Shown one piece after another: positions 54,501 through 57,317 of a stretch of DNA of 57,317 nt. Made by a program: the position numbers and the translations under genes. Every line of letters starts with the position of its first letter. Within the stretch, counting starts at the first letter, position 1. The notes beneath the pieces were generated by a model. That model worked only from the letters and a program-made list of their open reading frames with translations. It was not told where the DNA came from and did not search any database. Location: NCBI GenBank assembly GCA_043784605.1, contig JAYVYD010000018.1:1-57317 (forward strand). Direction: 5' to 3'. Source of the DNA: Myxococcales bacterium. GTDB lineage: Bacteria; Myxococcota_A; Polyangia; Polyangiales; Polyangiaceae.

Positions 54501-57317
54501 GCTCACCGAGGCGCTCGAGCTGGCCGAGCGCGGGGCCGTCGGATCTGGACGACCGAAAGAGATGAGCAAGATCTACGAAGTCGTCAGCTCCGGCGCACGC
54601 GGCCGCTTCGGTCGACGGGCGGCCCACTATCGGGGCGCTCGGTTCTTCGAGCAGCGAGGCGATCTCCCTCTCGCGCTTCGCCATGCAGCACAGGCGTTCG
54701 CCGCGGTCCCTTCCGAAGGAGCGACCTTCCTCTTGCTCGCCCGCACCGCCGAGCGTGCAGGTGATCCCGGCGCCGCCGTCCTCACGATCGAAGAGGTCGC
54801 ATCCGGCGCGCGCAGCGCAGGCGTGCGCGCTGCCTGGCTCTTGCGCGCAGCGGACGTCGCCGGCAGCGGTGAAGACGGGGCGCGCCGTCGCGTCGACCTG
54901 TTGCTGCGCGCGGCCCTGCTCACCCCGACGGTGAGCGTCATCAACCGCCTCGGCGACTCCGGTCGCGCGCTACTCCGCTATGCGCCCGAGGAGCGGGACG
55001 CCCTCCAGATACGCTTCGGTCGCGCGTCCAAGACGCTCACCCAAAGGCTCGATGGTCCGGACGGCGCGCGCGTCGGCATCGACTTCGCGCGGCTCGCGCT
55101 CGATCTCTTCGAGGACGCGGACGGTGCGCTGGACGCCATCGAACGTGCGCTCGACGCCGACGCCGATCTCGAGGAGTACATCCTGCTCGTCCCGTCCGCG
55201 GCGACGCTATCGAAGTCCGTTGCTGCCGACGCGGCGGTCGCGCGGGCCGTCGCGCTCGTGGACAAGCCGTACAGCAACGTGGGGGTACCCGCGCTTCGCC
55301 TCTTCAGCGCGATCGCCAAGCAGCGCGGAGACGCGGTGTCGGTGGGGCGCTTCGTGCTGCTCGCGGCCGAGAGAGAGAGCGACGACGACCAGCTCGTTCG
55401 CGAGGCAGACGACGTCCTTCGCAGCGCGGAGCCCTCGCCGTCGGTCGAGCGCTTCAACAGGCGCGTGCCAGAGACTCGCCGCGCAGAGGCATGGCGCGCG
55501 TTCGCAGAGAGCGAGCGCGCGGCGGGTCGGTACGAGAAGGTCATCGAGGCGCTCGAGCGCGTGAAGACCTGCTGTCCTCCCGAAAAGCGCGATGCGATCG
55601 AGTCCGAGATCCGTGAGGCGTACACGCTCGCGGGTCGCGCGGAGGATCTCGAGGTGCGCGCGCGCCGCGAAGCCGAGCGTGATGGCTCGCCTCACGCTGC
55701 ACGCGCGGACGCGTGGTCGGAGGTCGCGCATCTTCGAGAGGAACGCGGAGATGTCATCGGCGCGAACGCCGCGCTCCTAGAAGCTGCGAGCCTCGATCCC
55801 GCACCACTCGAGCGCTGGAGCTCGCTCGAGCGCATTGCAAGCCTCGCCGGCGCGTTCGACGTTCGCGTGCGCGCGCTCGGCGAGATCGAGACGCGTGTGA
55901 AAGAGGACGCGCGGCCGGCCGTACTTCGTCGTCTCGCGCACGCGCAAGAGGAGTCCGGAGATCTCGTGGGCATGCAGCAGACGTGGAAGCGCGTCCTCGA
56001 GCATCGGCCGGACGACGAAGAAGCAGACCGCGCGATCGAGGCGCTGCTCGCCCAGGCCTCGGACTTCGTGCGCCTCGCCGATCACCTCGCGCGGCGCGCC
56101 GATCGCCTCGCGCGCACCGGAGATCAGCGAGACACTCTGCGCGTAGTACGTTTGCGACGCGCCGCGATCTTGGAGCAGCGACTCGGTCAGGTCGCGCAGG
56201 CGTGCGAGGAGCTCGAGCGACTCGTCGCCGAGTGGCCCAACAACGAGAGCGCGGTTCGCTACCTCGCCGATCTCTACGAGCGATCGGGACGACCCGCGCG
56301 CGCCGTCTCGCTTTGGCAGCGCCTCGCGACGCTAGCGACCACCGACACGGCGCGTGGGGATCTCATGGTCCGCGCTGCAACGGCCGCGCGCGCGTCGGGC
56401 GACACCGAGACGGCGGCCGCACTCGCCGAGCAGGCGTCCACTGCGCCTTTCGCGCGACAGGCGGCGCTGACCCTCGTCGTGCAAATCGCGCGTGACCGCC
56501 AGGACGACACGACGCTGGCGCGCGCGCTCGGCGCGCTCGCAGACTCCTGGCTCGACGAGCCCATACGCGCAGCTGAGATGCTGATCGAGGCCGCGCAGGC
56601 CTGCGCTCGTAGCGGCGACGTCTCGGGTGCGCTCGCGCACGCGCAACGTGCGGCCACCATCGCGCCGACGCGCGCGGGTGCGCAGCTGTTCGCACGCGGC
56701 CTCGAGTACCGATTGAGAGGCGCGGGCACCCCCGCAGAGGCGGGCTACACGATCGCGGAGCTCGGTCGTGTCGAGGGTCCGCTCGATGTCGACGATGCCG
56801 CGCTCCACGCGTTCTTGCGCGCAGAGGCGCTCGACGCCGTTCACGGTGGCGACGCCGGGCTCGTGGAACTCGAGGTCGCGCGCACGCGTTGGGGCTCGCA
56901 CGGGCTCATCGAGGTGGGCATCGCCGAGCGGTACGCGCGCGCATACCGGTGGGTCGAGGCGCTGCCGCATTTCGAGCGCGCCGTGCAGGGTCAGCTGCTC
57001 GGGTTGCGCGGGACCGCCGCCATAGCGCTCGCCGCGTCCGAGGTGGCGGAGCGCGCGCAGCGTGCCGACATCGCGCTCGCCTTCCTCGAGATCGCCGCGC
57101 AAGATCTCACGCTGCGCGAGCGCGCGCAGAAGCGCATCGCCCACGTCGCCGCGCAAATGGGAGACCTGGCGCGCACGCGCGTCGTCTTGGACGAGCTCAT
57201 CAAGACTTCGTCTCCGGACGATCGTCCCGTCTTGATGGCCCAGCTCGCGCGCGCACTCTCCTCGTCGGCTCGCCTCGAGGAGCGCGCGGAGGCCGCGACG
57301 ATCTTCCAACGCGCGAT
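51568..57317 (+). CDS. giant Ala/Leu/Arg-rich TPR-like helical-repeat protein, 3' end outside window (more than 1900 codons)
   Basis: Translated by hand. The frame with codon starts congruent to 1 mod 3 has TGA at 51544-51546 and then no stop to base 57317. Start candidates are GTG 51568 and ATG 51577. GC3 bias is strong. The frame is absent from the supplied track (no plus-strand frame-1 ORF is listed after 51551), presumably because it lacks an in-window stop. Confidence 0.8.
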   Translation, partial: MSSMPSGDDATVHTRATLPPPDFGAAQPAFATSHGSQRDADPLARRKERRAEEASLRYERSRASEKGEAQAEATACVALARMLASQERSLEEAIEASSRALAIADDSELRSELAGWLEAIGRHDVAAETLERGTSLTAAILSRAGVLHARAGDAAKARAVLARAAELDATDALSLELLAALSGWAPEEVDAATAAHHYLEAARRRRQANALAAELEDCVRAFEADPTSEDATSALRAALVLRGKIAAAAEVTRAHTRALDPSKARSILMTVIDESGSDVLGALGAAFDARLDVEFAGRGSTTFDELLLRAGILELLAARLELRAERAQGTERIAIYEQLARLASGPLASPNRAALEHVRILAEDPAKEQVIAALEAYAASTRDQVPLVEGLVRGASASRGSLAGRALCAKALASLAEDRLHHGKLARWAFEQWLGAEPGDAAAASAAQRLAGAEGTADYGAWLRTLEQQLGRDTRSFGLGRWLLGLELERPDELEARASVAAAARARGNATEANETTLPLLLRDNASARAISLAWVNAALAQDELGRARAIERLAAFSAPETQALLAAVAADAFASAGDRASARQAATAACRAEPNSVRGTGALARACLGALDRTAASAIERGVQLTYASGAACIALADALASLGERHYAVAWSQRLVALRPGDVRAVERLVTRAIESADASRIADVLAWVIPQSYPAAAVAPIVARGLLALRELDAERSALVARRALDAFGARDGELRDVVLDVARRAQDGSLVAAALERRLASDLTLEQRARALFELAEARRLLGDRDGEARALRSALRARRASADQPHDPALDLEPAVASLLGESLSPDGEIAWLELRAEVLTAKLSGGPIRATRAQAPRDSMSPDGALRRAAHMAWRELGAVHWDMVGDRRAALEAWTRGAKLVLGGFARLALDVTQFADPRSAVVILTDLAAAVTDTASAGAIAAQAARAALAAGDPARALELARDALSRDAALTEALELAERGAVGSGRPKEMSKIYEVVSSGARGRFGRRAAHYRGARFFEQRGDLPLALRHAAQAFAAVPSEGATFLLLARTAERAGDPGAAVLTIEEVASGARSAGVRAAWLLRAADVAGSGEDGARRRVDLLLRAALLTPTVSVINRLGDSGRALLRYAPEERDALQIRFGRASKTLTQRLDGPDGARVGIDFARLALDLFEDADGALDAIERALDADADLEEYILLVPSAATLSKSVAADAAVARAVALVDKPYSNVGVPALRLFSAIAKQRGDAVSVGRFVLLAAERESDDDQLVREADDVLRSAEPSPSVERFNRRVPETRRAEAWRAFAESERAAGRYEKVIEALERVKTCCPPEKRDAIESEIREAYTLAGRAEDLEVRARREAERDGSPHAARADAWSEVAHLREERGDVIGANAALLEAASLDPAPLERWSSLERIASLAGAFDVRVRALGEIETRVKEDARPAVLRRLAHAQEESGDLVGMQQTWKRVLEHRPDDEEADRAIEALLAQASDFVRLADHLARRADRLARTGDQRDTLRVVRLRRAAILEQRLGQVAQACEELERLVAEWPNNESAVRYLADLYERSGRPARAVSLWQRLATLATTDTARGDLMVRAATAARASGDTETAAALAEQASTAPFARQAALTLVVQIARDRQDDTTLARALGALADSWLDEPIRAAEMLIEAAQACARSGDVSGALAHAQRAATIAPTRAGAQLFARGLEYRLRGAGTPAEAGYTIAELGRVEGPLDVDDAALHAFLRAEALDAVHGGDAGLVELEVARTRWGSHGLIEVGIAERYARAYRWVEALPHFERAVQGQLLGLRGTAAIALAASEVAERAQRADIALAFLEIAAQDLTLRERAQKRIAHVAAQMGDLARTRVVLDELIKTSSPDDRPVLMAQLARALSSSARLEERAEAATIFQRA

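Noticed and set aside
51140-57309. Long minus-strand and off-frame ORFs (51140-52597, 53511-54569, 53920-54684, 55713-56495, 56332-57309)
   Set aside because: They have Arg/Ser/Pro/Ala-rich shadow composition and lie antisense or out of frame to the uninterrupted GC3-biased plus frame. I treat them as high-GC shadow ORFs.

Overview
This is a GC-rich window with strong GC3 codon bias. It looks like a core-chromosome segment of a myxobacterium (Polyangiia/Sorangiineae-like). That call is an inference from gene content: MJ0042-type zinc ribbons, PEGA and DUF4388 proteins, Cys-rich secreted lipoproteins, a Hanks kinase and giant TPR proteins.

Gene order, left to right:
- tig(partial)-clpP-clpX-lon, then tRNA-Asp, a two-gene Cys-rich lipoprotein cassette and tRNA-Val.
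- A short stretch of gene remnants: a ClC/CBS channel and a spermidine-synthase-like gene.
- An acyltransferase-SDR-unknown operon, an LD-carboxypeptidase and an exported ferritin-like lipoprotein.
- A long minus-strand operon: lipoprotein-plsB-small membrane protein-mlaE-mlaE-mlaF-mlaD. It is interrupted by a decayed ISAzo13-type transposase scar flanked by a 78-bp duplication.
- Methylmalonyl-CoA epimerase, then two convergent modules that each pair a TPR/PEGA membrane protein with a secreted protein.
- A beta-barrel protein, proA, rsfS, tatB-tatC-P450, rlmN, MoxR ATPase, DUF4388-TetR, rlmB-pyrF-coiled-coil protein and a biotinyl carrier.
- A 1649-aa TPR protein, a Ser/Thr kinase, an M23 peptidase, HEAT and methyltransferase genes, and another Cys-rich lipoprotein.
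- A zinc-ribbon/TPR membrane protein, sppA, and a giant open frame of more than 1900 codons that runs off the 3' end. That frame is missing from the supplied ORF track.

I found no rRNA, CRISPR array, intact transposase or integrase, or recognisable defence or toxin system. I cannot demonstrate a clearly novel multi-gene system. The strongest leads are:
- the hidden giant ORF together with the zinc-ribbon/TPR neighbourhood;
- the IS scar inside the lipid operon;
- the remnant cluster beside tRNA-Val;
- the paired TPR-membrane/secreted-protein modules.

All family calls come from motif recognition by eye. No searches were run.
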